64,000 nt of DNA from Lysobacterales bacterium (GTDB taxonomy: Bacteria; Pseudomonadota; Gammaproteobacteria; Xanthomonadales; SZUA-5): assembly GCA_022844165.1 (NCBI GenBank), contig JALHMH010000003.1, positions 184,890 through 248,889 of the forward strand, written 5' to 3'. The translations under genes and the position numbers were made by a program. The notes under the pieces are model-generated. The model did not search any database, had not been told where the DNA came from, and was given only the letters and a program-made list of their open reading frames with translations. This document shows, in pieces, positions 9,486 to 19,065 of this stretch. Position 1 is the first letter of the stretch, and every line of letters starts with the position of its first letter.

Positions 9486-10843
9486 GGGTCAATCATCGCT
9501 GCAAAGCGCTGCGCAGCACCCTCGAAACCGCCATTGCTCATGAACACCACGCGATCGCCAGCGCGTGCTTCCGTGCGGACAGCGGTCAGCAGTTGCTCGA
9601 CGCTCGACGCAACCCGCAGACGATCGGCGATCGGTGCCAACGTCGCTTGTGCGTCCCAGTTGAGGGCCGGCTGCGCCAGCACAAAAACTCGATCGGCCGT
9701 AGCGAATGCGGCAGGCAGTGTGGCAGCGTGCGCACCCTGGCGCATGGAGTTACTGCGCGGTTCCATGACTGCCAGCAGCCGTCGGTCCGGATCGCGTTGT
9801 CGGATGCCCGCGAGTGTTGTGGCGATGGCGGTTGGATGATGCGCAAAGTCATCGTACACCTCGATCTGTGAGTCTAGATCAACGCGTTCAAGGCGACGCT
9901 TGACGCCGGCAAAGTGCGGCAGAAGCGCGCACGCTGTGCTTGGATCGACACCGGCCGCGTGAGCCGCGGCGACAGCGGCCAGGGCGTTACGCACATTGTG
10001 CGTGCCCAGCAGTTGCCAGTGCACGTCCGCTACGTGGGCGCCCCGGTGGCTGAGCGAAAAAGCGCTGCCATCCGGGCGCAATAGTTCGCCGCGCCATTCC
10101 ACGTCGGCGCACAATCCGAAGCGCTCGATGGGCGTCCAGGCGCCCATCGCCAGCACTTCGGCCAGCGCCTTGTCTTCGGCATTGACGATCAGCCGCCCAC
10201 CGCGCGGCACGATCCGCACGAGGTGGTGAAATTGACGCTGGATGGCCTGGATGTCGGGAAAGATATCGGCGTGGTCGTACTCGAGGTTGTTGAGAATCGC
10301 GATGCTGGGCCGGTAGTGCACGAATTTGCTGCGTTTGTCGAAGAACGCCGTGTCGTATTCGTCGGCTTCGATGACGAACCACCGGGAGCCTCCGAGCCTG
10401 GCCGACACCGCAAAATCCTGAGCCACGCCGCCGATCAAGAATCCCGGCGCCAACCCGGCGCGATCGAGCAAAAAAGCGAGCAGCGTTGTCGTGGTGGTTT
10501 TGCCGTGCGTGCCAGCCACGGCCAGTACCGTGCGGCCATCCAGCACTCGCTCTGCCAACCACTGCGGGCCGCTGACGTAGCGTCGGCCGGCATCGAGAAT
10601 CGCTTCGACTTCCGGGTTGCCGCGACTGAGCGCGTTGCCCACGATCAGTTCCGTGGGCGCTGCTGGCAAATGGTCGCTGCGATAACCCTCGAGCACATCG
10701 ATGCCGAGCGCGCGCAGTTGAGTACTCATCGGCGGATACACGGCTTGATCGCTGCCGGACACGCCCAAGCCCAACTCGCGTGCCAAAGCGGCGATGCCGC
10801 CCATGAAGGTGCCGCAGATTCCGAGGATGTGGACTGCGTTCAT
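9482..10843 (-). CDS. mpl: Murein peptide ligase
   Basis: VHILGICGTFMGG, AGTHGKTTT, EADEYDTAFFDKRSKF, DDFAHHP. Confidence 0.95.
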   Translation of the reverse strand: MNAVHILGICGTFMGGIAALARELGLGVSGSDQAVYPPMSTQLRALGIDVLEGYRSDHLPAAPTELIVGNALSRGNPEVEAILDAGRRYVSGPQWLAERVLDGRTVLAVAGTHGKTTTTTLLAFLLDRAGLAPGFLIGGVAQDFAVSARLGGSRWFVIEADEYDTAFFDKRSKFVHYRPSIAILNNLEYDHADIFPDIQAIQRQFHHLVRIVPRGGRLIVNAEDKALAEVLAMGAWTPIERFGLCADVEWRGELLRPDGSAFSLSHRGAHVADVHWQLLGTHNVRNALAAVAAAHAAGVDPSTACALLPHFAGVKRRLERVDLDSQIEVYDDFAHHPTAIATTLAGIRQRDPDRRLLAVMEPRSNSMRQGAHAATLPAAFATADRVFVLAQPALNWDAQATLAPIADRLRVASSVEQLLTAVRTEARAGDRVVFMSNGGFEGAAQRFAAMIDP

Positions 10844-11352
10844 CCGAGCAACCAGCCAGCAATCGATTCATGGATCACAACCAGCGAAAAAGCCAGCGCA
10901 AAGGCCAGCCAGAAGCCAATCTGCAACGCATGACGCAAAATGTGCGCGTCGATCACGAAGGTCCAGATAAAGAGCCCCAACAATCCCAGTTGCAGGAATT
11001 GCACACCCAGGTCCATGCTGCCCTCGTTGCCCAGCAGTGCCTGGCGAATTGGCAGGGCAATCAGGGTGATGGCAATACTGACCGCGCAGGAGGCGATCAC
11101 TGTCTGCTGAAAGCGTTCGGCAAAGCCGAACAGCCAGAGCACCGCGTACAGCAGTCCTAGATTCAGGGCCAGGCGCGCGATCACCACCAGTGGATCGTAG
11201 TCTTCGCCAATGATCTCCAGATGCAGGAGACTCGCCAGCAGTGTCAAAAAAATGAGTTGTCCGAAGAGAGCGTGCGAGGCCGGGGCATCGGCTGGCGATG
11301 CGCGCAGTGTCATCACGTCATAAGTCCAAGACAGAAAAGCCGTCAAACTCAT
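10840..11352 (-). CDS. Hypothetical membrane protein
   Basis: About 5 hydrophobic segments; stop overlaps mpl start; start uncertain (11352 or 11313). Confidence 0.7.
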   Translation of the reverse strand: MSLTAFLSWTYDVMTLRASPADAPASHALFGQLIFLTLLASLLHLEIIGEDYDPLVVIARLALNLGLLYAVLWLFGFAERFQQTVIASCAVSIAITLIALPIRQALLGNEGSMDLGVQFLQLGLLGLFIWTFVIDAHILRHALQIGFWLAFALAFSLVVIHESIAGWLLG

Positions 11353-11586
11353 ATGGAAGACATCGAATTGGACGCGCGTGGTCTCATGTGCCCGGAGCCT
11401 CTGGTGCAAACCAAGTTGCGGCTGAAGAGCATGCCACCGGGAAGCGTACTTGCGGTGCGTACCGACGACCCACTGGCGCCACTGGACTTGCAGGCGCTTT
11501 GCCTGCATTCAGGCCACGAATGGCTTGGCAGCGTAGCCATCGTTGGCGGCGCGTGTTCGCGAATCCGCAAGAATCCGACTACATAA
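11353..11586 (+). CDS. TusA/SirA family sulfurtransferase
   Basis: LDARGLMCPEP (CPxP) and LAVRTDDP motifs; 77 aa. Confidence 0.8.
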   Translation: MEDIELDARGLMCPEPLVQTKLRLKSMPPGSVLAVRTDDPLAPLDLQALCLHSGHEWLGSVAIVGGACSRIRKNPTT

Positions 11587-12136
11587 GCGCCAGGACCCGA
11601 TCGAGGATCTGGTCAACGCTGCCCTCGCCAACGACACGTTTCAAGCGCCCATCGCGTTCGTAGTATTCCAGTACCGGTGCGGTCTGCTGCTGGTACACGG
11701 CAAGTCGATTCGCCACCGCCGCCGGGCTGTCGTCGGCGCGTCCTTCGGCCTTGGCACGGCCCGCAAGACGGGCGAGCAAAGCGTCTTGGGGTACGTCCAG
11801 TTGCACGACGAGGTCGAGCGGCAACTGCAATCGCTCAAGCAAGCCGTCCAACGCTTGCGCCTGCGCTTCATTGCGCGGATAGCCATCGAGAATGAAGCCG
11901 GACGCCACATCCGACAGTCGAAGGCGTTCTTCGAGCATGCCGAGCACGACTTCGTCGGAAACGAGGTTACCCTTCTCCATCACTACTTTGGCCTGCAAGC
12001 CGAGCGGCGTCCCCGCCGCGACGGCTGCGCGCAGCAGCTCGCCCGTCGAGATGTGCGCGATGTTCAGGCGCGACTTCAAAAGCGCCGCCTGTGTGCCCTT
12101 GCCAGATCCGGGTGCCCCGAGCAGTACGATCCGCAT
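11579..12136 (-). CDS. adk: Adenylate kinase (short-LID type)
   Basis: GAPGSGKGTQA, HISTGELLR, FILDGYPR. Confidence 0.95.
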   Translation of the reverse strand: MRIVLLGAPGSGKGTQAALLKSRLNIAHISTGELLRAAVAAGTPLGLQAKVVMEKGNLVSDEVVLGMLEERLRLSDVASGFILDGYPRNEAQAQALDGLLERLQLPLDLVVQLDVPQDALLARLAGRAKAEGRADDSPAAVANRLAVYQQQTAPVLEYYERDGRLKRVVGEGSVDQILDRVLALM

Positions 12137-12413
12137 GAAAGCTTGCATCCGATAGAAAACCAAGCTCCTGAACCTAGCGCGCGTGCCGGGGTTGAGTCAA
12201 ACGGCGGACGCGTGGCGCCCCCGCCAAGCCACAAAAAAGGACCTCATTGCACCCTCTTTAGCCCGACCGACTGGGACTCGCAGGCGAACGGAATCCCGAA
12301 CCCACGATTTCTCACTGGCCCGCTGTGGTCCATGCCGTTCAATTCGCGGCTTTGCTGCGTGCCCCGTGTTGCACAGTTATAGTCGGTCTGGACGTTCTTC
12401 CGAGTTTCAAGCC

Positions 12414-13676
12414 ATGCCACGCGCCAATCTTTTGTACGCCCAATCGGGCGGCGTGACCGCCACAATCAACGCCACAGCGGCAGCTGTGATCGAAACGGCA
12501 GCCAAACACCCATCAAGGATCGATCGCGTGTATGCCGCCAAGAACGGCATTCTGGGCGCTCTGCGCGAAGAGCTGATCGACGTGCGCCTGGAGCGACCGG
12601 ATGCGCTGCGGGCATTGAAACATACACCCGGCGGTGCGTTTGGCTCGTGCCGTTTCAAGCTCAAATCGCTGGAACAGGATCGACCCCACTACGAGCGCGT
12701 CGTCGCCGTATGTGCGGCGCACAATATCAAGTACTTTCTCTATAACGGCGGCAACGATTCTGCGGATACCACGCACAAACTCGCGCAGATCGCACAACAA
12801 CTGGGCGTCGAGCTGCATTGCATCGGTGTGCCAAAGACGATCGACAACGACCTGGCGGTGACCGATGTGTGCCCCGGATTCGGTTCGGTGGCCAAGTACA
12901 TTGCGATTTCGACGCTCGAAGCCAGCCTTGATGTGATGAGCATGGCTGAGTCGTCGACCAAGGTATTCGTTCTGGAAGTGATGGGCCGCCACGCGGGCTG
13001 GATCGCGGCAGCGGCTGGGCTCGCCGGCAAGAGCGAGAACGATCCACCGCACATCATCTTGTTTCCCGAGGTTGTGTTCGACCGCGCCAGATTCGTCGCA
13101 GCGGTGAAGGATGCGGTCACCAGGGCAGGGTATTGCACCGTGGTGGTTTCGGAGGGATTGAAGGACGCCAGCGGTAAGTTTCTTGCCGAAGCGGGCACCA
13201 AAGATGCCTTCGGCCACGCGCAGCTGGGCGGCGTAGGGCCGGCGATCGCCGAAATCGTGCGCGCCGAACTGGGCTACAAATTCCATTGGGCGGTCGCGGA
13301 CTACCTGCAACGTTCCGCGCGCCATATCGCCTCGCGCACCGATTTGTTGGTCAGCAGCAAAGTCGGCGAAGCCGCCGTGAAGCTTGCGCTGGACGGCCAA
13401 AATGACGTCATGCCGGTCATCAAGCGCTTATCCGATCGCCCGTATAAATTCAGGATCGAGGTTGCCGCGCTCGCCGATATCGCCAACCATGAACGCAAAA
13501 TGCCAGCGAACTTCATCCGCGAGGATGGTTTCGGCATCACGGCTGCCGCTCGGCGCTATCTGGCGCCATTGATCGAAGGGGAAGCGTACCCTCCCTACAA
13601 AGACGGCATGCCCGGTTACGTGCAGCTCAAGCGCAGGTTGATCGCCAAAAAGCTCCCGGAGTACCTGGTCAAATGA
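12414..13676 (+). CDS. pfp: Pyrophosphate-dependent 6-phosphofructokinase
   Basis: YAQSGG, NGGNDS (Asp indicates PPi type), PKTIDNDL, EVMGR. Confidence 0.88.
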   Translation: MPRANLLYAQSGGVTATINATAAAVIETAAKHPSRIDRVYAAKNGILGALREELIDVRLERPDALRALKHTPGGAFGSCRFKLKSLEQDRPHYERVVAVCAAHNIKYFLYNGGNDSADTTHKLAQIAQQLGVELHCIGVPKTIDNDLAVTDVCPGFGSVAKYIAISTLEASLDVMSMAESSTKVFVLEVMGRHAGWIAAAAGLAGKSENDPPHIILFPEVVFDRARFVAAVKDAVTRAGYCTVVVSEGLKDASGKFLAEAGTKDAFGHAQLGGVGPAIAEIVRAELGYKFHWAVADYLQRSARHIASRTDLLVSSKVGEAAVKLALDGQNDVMPVIKRLSDRPYKFRIEVAALADIANHERKMPANFIREDGFGITAAARRYLAPLIEGEAYPPYKDGMPGYVQLKRRLIAKKLPEYLVK

Positions 13677-14143
13677 GTGGTGCGATCTGGTTGATGCTGG
13701 CCATCGCCGCACAAGGCGGCCTGCTCGCGGCACTCGCCAAGACCCGTTTTTGGCGTGCCATGGGTATTACAGTGGTATTGGCGGCACTGACCACATTGCT
13801 GCTTTGGCAGGCCACACGCGGCGGCACGGTGCGCACCGAAGCCTGGTTGGTTCTGACCTCATTACCGCTATGCGCGATCGGCGCTTTTGCCTGGCACAAG
13901 AACTTAGGCAAAACGGCGATGCTTCTGGGCGTCGTGTTGACGATCGCGATGCTGCTGGCCTGGGCGTGGGCGCAAGATGGCGCTGATCCGATCGCGCCTA
14001 CGATCGTCTACTCGATTCTCGTTCTGATCGCAATGCTCGCGCTGTTTCTGATCGGCGGCTGGTTGCTGATGCAGACATTGATCGAGCGCACTCGACAAGC
14101 GGACGCGGAGCACGCCGCCGCCGTTGTCGAAAGCAAACATTAG
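13673..14143 (+). CDS. Hypothetical membrane protein
   Basis: Five hydrophobic segments; ATGA coupling to pfp. Confidence 0.7.
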   Translation: MSGAIWLMLAIAAQGGLLAALAKTRFWRAMGITVVLAALTTLLLWQATRGGTVRTEAWLVLTSLPLCAIGAFAWHKNLGKTAMLLGVVLTIAMLLAWAWAQDGADPIAPTIVYSILVLIAMLALFLIGGWLLMQTLIERTRQADAEHAAAVVESKH

Positions 14144-14146
14144 CCA

Positions 14147-14363
14147 GGCTTTGCCTCTGACCGCCGAGCATTGTTGGCTTCGCTCGACAGCGGACTTGCC
14201 AGATCACCGCATTTCCGGCTCGGCGGCAAGCCGCCGGTCGTTCGGCTCGGCACACGCCCTACGGCGTGTCAGCGCCGATCCTCACCCCCCTTTGTACTCA
14301 CGGGGGCTTCAACAGCCAAAGCCGCTTGGAAGAAAAAGATCCCGCCCAGTCAAGGACTCTGGC
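14147..14363. repeat. Dispersed structured repeat, copy 1
   Basis: Shares colinear blocks with 45330-45563 (GACCGCCGAGCATTGTTGGCTTCG, CACACGCC..CGGCGTGTCAGCG, CCAAAGCCGCT, TCAAGGACTC). Confidence 0.85.
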
Positions 14364-14368
14364 GTTGA

Positions 14369-14926
14369 TCAGGCGGCCACTGGCAGCAGCAATGATCGTC
14401 CTCGTTGGCCCGAACTGAAGTCGCTCAACATGCGGCGCGCGCGCGTCAAGTCCGAAAAAGTGTACAGCGCCAGATCGCCCTGCGACCAAATGCCCTCCAG
14501 GGGCTCAACTTGTGCGGCGCGCGCGATCGCCAGCGCAGTGCCGCCGGAGGCTTCTACCAGCGCGCGGGTTGGAACATTGCCGATAATCGCCACGACTGCC
14601 CGAATCGGGTCCGCGTCGGCTTGCCGCTCGAAGCCTTCGATGCCCACGCAGGTGAACTCGCCGGTGCCCGTCCGCAGTTGTGCCACCGAGCGATACTCGC
14701 CGGAGTGCCAGAATTCCATCAGTCGGGTAAAGCTGGGCCAGCGCGATACCACGGTCGATTGCGGCATTTCGCTTAAGCCGTACCGTTCCACTGCCAGTGC
14801 CGGCGCGACCGCCAGATAGCGACCGCCGAATTGGGCGTACACTGGCGGCAACGCTTGGATGTAGGCGGCGAATCGATCCCGATCGTGGATACGTGCCAGC
14901 ACGACCAGGTAACCAGGAAAGTCCAC
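14369..14926 (-). CDS. DUF1330 domain protein
   Basis: GYLVV...I.DRDRF.AY...LPPVY.QFGGRYL; FW.S.EY...AQLR. Confidence 0.75.
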   Translation of the reverse strand: MDFPGYLVVLARIHDRDRFAAYIQALPPVYAQFGGRYLAVAPALAVERYGLSEMPQSTVVSRWPSFTRLMEFWHSGEYRSVAQLRTGTGEFTCVGIEGFERQADADPIRAVVAIIGNVPTRALVEASGGTALAIARAAQVEPLEGIWSQGDLALYTFSDLTRARRMLSDFSSGQRGRSLLLPVAA

Positions 14927-15002
14927 ATCGACACCTCGTCTGAATCGAGCGACGTATCATGCCGGCAAATGCGTCACCTTTGGTTGCGCGGTGTCACGCT
15001 TC

Positions 15003-15156
15003 CGCCTGCAGGCGGTTGAGAAACCGCCTGCGGGCGCGAACGATGGATGGTTCGCTCATGGATCGAGCACGCAAGTACTTGATCCACGTAGAGCGAGTCC
15101 GGGCCTGCGCCAGACTCGAGACCGCAAAAACCTACTAGAACTGCGATTCTCAACGA
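15003..15156. mobile_element. MITE-like multi-hairpin element
   Basis: Inverted GTTGAGAA (15015) / TTCTCAAC (15147) bracket five consecutive hairpins. Confidence 0.5.
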
Positions 15157-15178
15157 GGCGCCAGTGCATTCCCCGGCG

Positions 15179-16549
15179 TCACTCGGCACCCTTTCCTGGG
15201 TTGAGAATGCCGAGTGGGTCGAAGGCATTCTTGATTTGGCGCATCAATCCAAGGCTGGTCGCGTCGATCGCCCGGGGTACGAACGGACGTTTGTCCAGAC
15301 CGACACCGTGCTCGCCCGAGAGGGTGCCGCCCAGGTCGAGTACCAGATCGAACAGTTCGGACAGCGCCGTCTGAGCACGTTCGCTGCTACCGCGGTGCGC
15401 AGGGTCGAACAACAGATTGACGTGCAAATTGCCGTTGCCGGCGTGGCCGAAGCAGACAATCAGAAGCTCGTGCCGTATCGCCAGTTGCGCGACACCGGCC
15501 ACCAGTGCAGGCAGCCGCAGCACCGGCACGACCACGTCTTCGTTGATCTTCCGTGGCGCGAGGCTGCGCAGCACCGGCGATAGCGCTTTTCGTGCCGCCC
15601 AAAGCGCATCGGTTTGCGCCGCGCCAGTCGCCATTTGAACGTCAATACAGCCCGTGGCCATCGCGCGTTCGGCCACAGCGGCCGCCGCCGCGTCGATGGC
15701 ATCGGTCGCGCCGTCGACTTCGATCATCAGCAGGGCGCGCGCGGCCGCGTCGATGCCAGAAACACCCGGCCGCACCAGTTCGAGTGCTGCGGCATCCATA
15801 AATTCGATGGCGCTGGGCGTAATCGGCCCAGCCAGCATGCGCCCGACGGCTTCGGTGGCCGCTTCGACATCCTGGTACAGCGCCCGCAGAGCGCGCGTGG
15901 CGGCGGGCAGTGGCGTCAGTTTCAAGGTTGCCTGGGTGATGATGCCAAGCGTACCTTCGGCCCCGACAACAAGCCGGGTCAAATCCAGGCCCACTGCGCC
16001 TTTGGTCGTGAAGCTGCCGGTGATAGCGAGATCTCCGGTGCCGGTCACGACCCGCAGGCCGAGCACATTGTCGCGACACGCACCGTATTTCACCGCCCTT
16101 GGCCCGCCGGCATTGCAGGCGAGGTTGCCGCCAATGGTCGAATAAGCGGCGCTGGTCGGATCTGGCGGCCAGAACACGCCGAACGTCCGGAGCGCGTTTT
16201 GCAGGTTGCCATTGATCACGCCCGGTTGCACCACGGCCAGCCGGTTGGCGACCTCGATGCGTTCGATGCGCTGCAAGCGCTCGCAGCTCAATACCACGCT
16301 GGGAACGGTGGGCACGGCGGCGCCTGTCGTCGCCGTGCCGCGCCCGCGAGCGACGATCGGTGTGCGGCTCGCAGCACATGCGCGCACCAAAGCCTGAACC
16401 TCGGCCTCGCTCGCCGGAATGGCCACACCCAGCACCGGACCATGGCGCCTACTGTTATCGAAGCCATACACGTGGCGGCTGGCGTCGTCGAGCAACCACG
16501 CCTCGTTGGGAAGCGCGTTGCGCACCGCGATGGGTAACAGCTCAGTCAT
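15179..16549 (-). CDS. FAD-linked oxidase (GlcD/D-2-hydroxyacid dehydrogenase family)
   Basis: PPDPTS...STIGGN, GHAGNGNLH, GEHGVG, DP.GILNPGK. Confidence 0.9.
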   Translation of the reverse strand: MTELLPIAVRNALPNEAWLLDDASRHVYGFDNSRRHGPVLGVAIPASEAEVQALVRACAASRTPIVARGRGTATTGAAVPTVPSVVLSCERLQRIERIEVANRLAVVQPGVINGNLQNALRTFGVFWPPDPTSAAYSTIGGNLACNAGGPRAVKYGACRDNVLGLRVVTGTGDLAITGSFTTKGAVGLDLTRLVVGAEGTLGIITQATLKLTPLPAATRALRALYQDVEAATEAVGRMLAGPITPSAIEFMDAAALELVRPGVSGIDAAARALLMIEVDGATDAIDAAAAAVAERAMATGCIDVQMATGAAQTDALWAARKALSPVLRSLAPRKINEDVVVPVLRLPALVAGVAQLAIRHELLIVCFGHAGNGNLHVNLLFDPAHRGSSERAQTALSELFDLVLDLGGTLSGEHGVGLDKRPFVPRAIDATSLGLMRQIKNAFDPLGILNPGKGAE

Positions 16550-16594
16550 GCGCCGGAGGATAGCCGGGTCATTGGTGCAAGGGCCGATGGGCGA

Positions 16595-17965
16595 TCACAG
16601 CATTGGCGCCAGAATCCGCGCGCATCCTGCGAGCACCTCTTGCCACGCGGGGCGGCTGCGAATGCCTCGTTGCGAGCGGGTTTCGAGACGTGAGTAGTAG
16701 TTTTCCAACTCGCCGATGACCGGACCGTCGTAGCAGAACAGTAAGGACTCATAGTTCAAAAAGAAGCTACGCGAATCGAAGTTTGCGGACCCGACAACGG
16801 CCATGTCGTCGATCAGCGTGAGCTTGCTGTGCAACATGCCGTTTTTGTAGCGCAACACGTGTGCGCCATGGCGCACCAGCTCGCGCAAGTAGCTCATCGC
16901 AACAATATCGACAATGATATTGTCGGAGCGTTTCGGCACCAGGATGCGCACATCGACGCCACTACGCGCGGCGATGCTCAACGCATGCAATAGCGCTTCG
17001 TCCGGCACAAAATACGGTGTTGCGATGTAAATGCGCCGCCGTGCGTCCATCAGCGATTTGAGCAGTGCTGCGTGCCAGACGTCGTCGCGCTGGTCGGGAC
17101 CTGACGCAAGCACCTGCACCTGCGTCAGTGGCTGACCGGCCGGCGGCGCGCTGGCGCAGGCGACTGCCAGATTGTCGCCGGTGGCAAAGAGCCAGTCAGC
17201 GCGGGCGATTTCATCGAGCACCGCAGCGGCAGGCCCTTCGACGGTCACGCTCAAATCCGCCCAGCGGCTTTGTTCGGCGTGGTCGGCGAGATACGCGTCA
17301 CCGATGTTGCGCCCACCCGTCCATGCACGGACGCCATCGGCAACAACGATTTTTCGATGGTTGCGCAGGTTTGCCATACGCGCGGTGAGGCTTAGCCAAA
17401 GCGGCTTAAAGCGCCGGAAGCGGCCGCCGCGTCGCTGCAGTCGATGCAGATGCGTGTCGTTGAGCGACCACGAACCCAGGTCGTCCACCAGCATCCGCAC
17501 CGCCACGCCACGCGCGGCCGCGCGCTCAATCGCCGTCAGCACCTCGCGACCGGAGGCATCGCGCAGGAAGTCGTAAATCAGGAAGTGCAATTCATGCTGT
17601 GCGCCATCGATCACCTCGAGAAGCGCACGTCGCGCCGCGCCGGCCTCGGGGTGGATGCGCACAACGTTGTCGCTGGCCGGCAACATGCCGAGCCGCGAGA
17701 CGAAGGCTTCGACGCCATTTGGGCTGTGCTGGCGCTGCGGTGCGTCTTCAAAACCCTTGGGCACCCGCAGCCGGCGACGCAATGGCCCGCCGCGTTTACG
17801 CGTGCCGATCGTCAGATAGATCAGCGCGCCGAGAAACGGGAAAGCCAGCACCAGCACCAGCCACGCCGTCGTCGAGGCCGGCGACCGTCGCTCGCGCACC
17901 AGGGTGTACGCGAGCAGCAGGGCCAGCGCCCAGCCGATACTCAGCAGGACAACATTGGCGTCCAA
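16595..17965 (-). CDS. cls: Cardiolipin synthase (PLD family)
   Basis: Two N-terminal TMs; two HKD motifs, RNHRKIVVAD and LHSKLTLID. Confidence 0.88.
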   Translation of the reverse strand: MDANVVLLSIGWALALLLAYTLVRERRSPASTTAWLVLVLAFPFLGALIYLTIGTRKRGGPLRRRLRVPKGFEDAPQRQHSPNGVEAFVSRLGMLPASDNVVRIHPEAGAARRALLEVIDGAQHELHFLIYDFLRDASGREVLTAIERAAARGVAVRMLVDDLGSWSLNDTHLHRLQRRGGRFRRFKPLWLSLTARMANLRNHRKIVVADGVRAWTGGRNIGDAYLADHAEQSRWADLSVTVEGPAAAVLDEIARADWLFATGDNLAVACASAPPAGQPLTQVQVLASGPDQRDDVWHAALLKSLMDARRRIYIATPYFVPDEALLHALSIAARSGVDVRILVPKRSDNIIVDIVAMSYLRELVRHGAHVLRYKNGMLHSKLTLIDDMAVVGSANFDSRSFFLNYESLLFCYDGPVIGELENYYSRLETRSQRGIRSRPAWQEVLAGCARILAPML

Positions 17966-17982
17966 ATTCGTTCCTCGCCCGC

Positions 17983-18177
17983 TCAGTAGTGCGGCGGCAC
18001 TTCGTGCCCGCCGCTGCTTTGCCGCACCATTCCATCGACGCTGCCGAGCAGTTGTTCGACTTGCGAACGTAGCGCAGCGAGTGCTTCGTGCGCCAGATGC
18101 ACTTCGCGGCTCAGCGTTTGGATCGCTTCTTCCTGGTAAGCGATGCGGATTTCCAGCTCTTCAATACGCGCTTGCAT
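17983..18177 (-). CDS. slyX: SlyX family protein
   Basis: RIEELEIRIAYQE coiled coil; C-terminal E.PPHY. Confidence 0.9.
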   Translation of the reverse strand: MQARIEELEIRIAYQEEAIQTLSREVHLAHEALAALRSQVEQLLGSVDGMVRQSSGGHEVPPHY

Positions 18178-18247
18178 AAATCCGGGCTTCCTCTCCTATT
18201 CAGGGCCGCATGGTAGCCTTCGCCGCCCTTCGATTTCGAGTCCGAAC

Positions 18248-19060
18248 ATGGTCCGTAAGCCGGTAATGAACATCGCCGTGCAAGCTGCGCGCAAGGCCGG
18301 CACCGTCATCATGCGCAGCATCCATCGCGCCGACGCGATTGCCGTGACCGAAAAAAGTCAGTTCGATTTCGTCACCGAAGCGGACAAGCTGGCCGAGGCT
18401 GAGATCATCAAAGAGATCAAGAAGGCCTATCCGGACCACGCGATCTGGGGCGAGGAGTCCGGGCGCATCGGTCAGGCGCGTTATGTGTGGGTCATCGATC
18501 CGATCGATGGCACCAGCAACTTCATGCGTGGGCTGCCGCATTGCTCGGTATCGATCGGCCTGATGGAAGACGGTGTGGTTCAGCATGGCGTGGTTTACGA
18601 CCCGGTGCGCGACGAGCTGTTTACCGCCTCGCGTGGCGGTGGTGCGTATTTGAACGAGCGCCGTATCCGCGTCAGCAATCGCGGCGGACTGCCGGGTGCA
18701 CTGATCGCCAGTGGCTTTCCATGGCGCCAGCGTAAACGGCTGAAAACGCAGTTGAAAATGCTCACGGCGCTGTTGGAAGAAGCGGAAGACTTGCGCCGCG
18801 GCGGTTCGGCTGCTCTGGATCTGGCTTACGTTGCCTGCGGTCGCCAGGATGGATATTTCGAATACGGCTTGCAGCCCTGGGATATGGCGGCCGGCGCGCT
18901 GTTGGTTCGCGAAGCGGGCGGCGCCTGCATCGACTTCGACGGCAGCGACAATTGGTTCGAATCGGGGAATATCATTGCCGGAAACCTCAAGGTCACGGCA
19001 GCGATGGTAGCGCGCATTAAACCGCTGGCGACACGCAAACTCTCCGATCCGGATTCGTAA
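18248..19060 (+). CDS. suhB: Inositol-1-monophosphatase / Nus factor SuhB
   Basis: WVIDPIDGTSNF, GSAALDLAYVA.GR, PWDMAAG. Confidence 0.93.
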   Translation: MVRKPVMNIAVQAARKAGTVIMRSIHRADAIAVTEKSQFDFVTEADKLAEAEIIKEIKKAYPDHAIWGEESGRIGQARYVWVIDPIDGTSNFMRGLPHCSVSIGLMEDGVVQHGVVYDPVRDELFTASRGGGAYLNERRIRVSNRGGLPGALIASGFPWRQRKRLKTQLKMLTALLEEAEDLRRGGSAALDLAYVACGRQDGYFEYGLQPWDMAAGALLVREAGGACIDFDGSDNWFESGNIIAGNLKVTAAMVARIKPLATRKLSDPDS

Positions 19061-19065
19061 CCGAC

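Noticed and set aside
12269-12315. GAATCCC-like heptamer traces upstream of pfp
   Set aside because: Too short and degenerate to call
14124-14819. ORFs 14124..14819 and 45307..45630 sharing TAEHCWLRS
   Set aside because: The similarity comes from the DNA repeat. The first ORF runs antisense into DUF1330, and changes conserve base pairing; peptide coding is not supported
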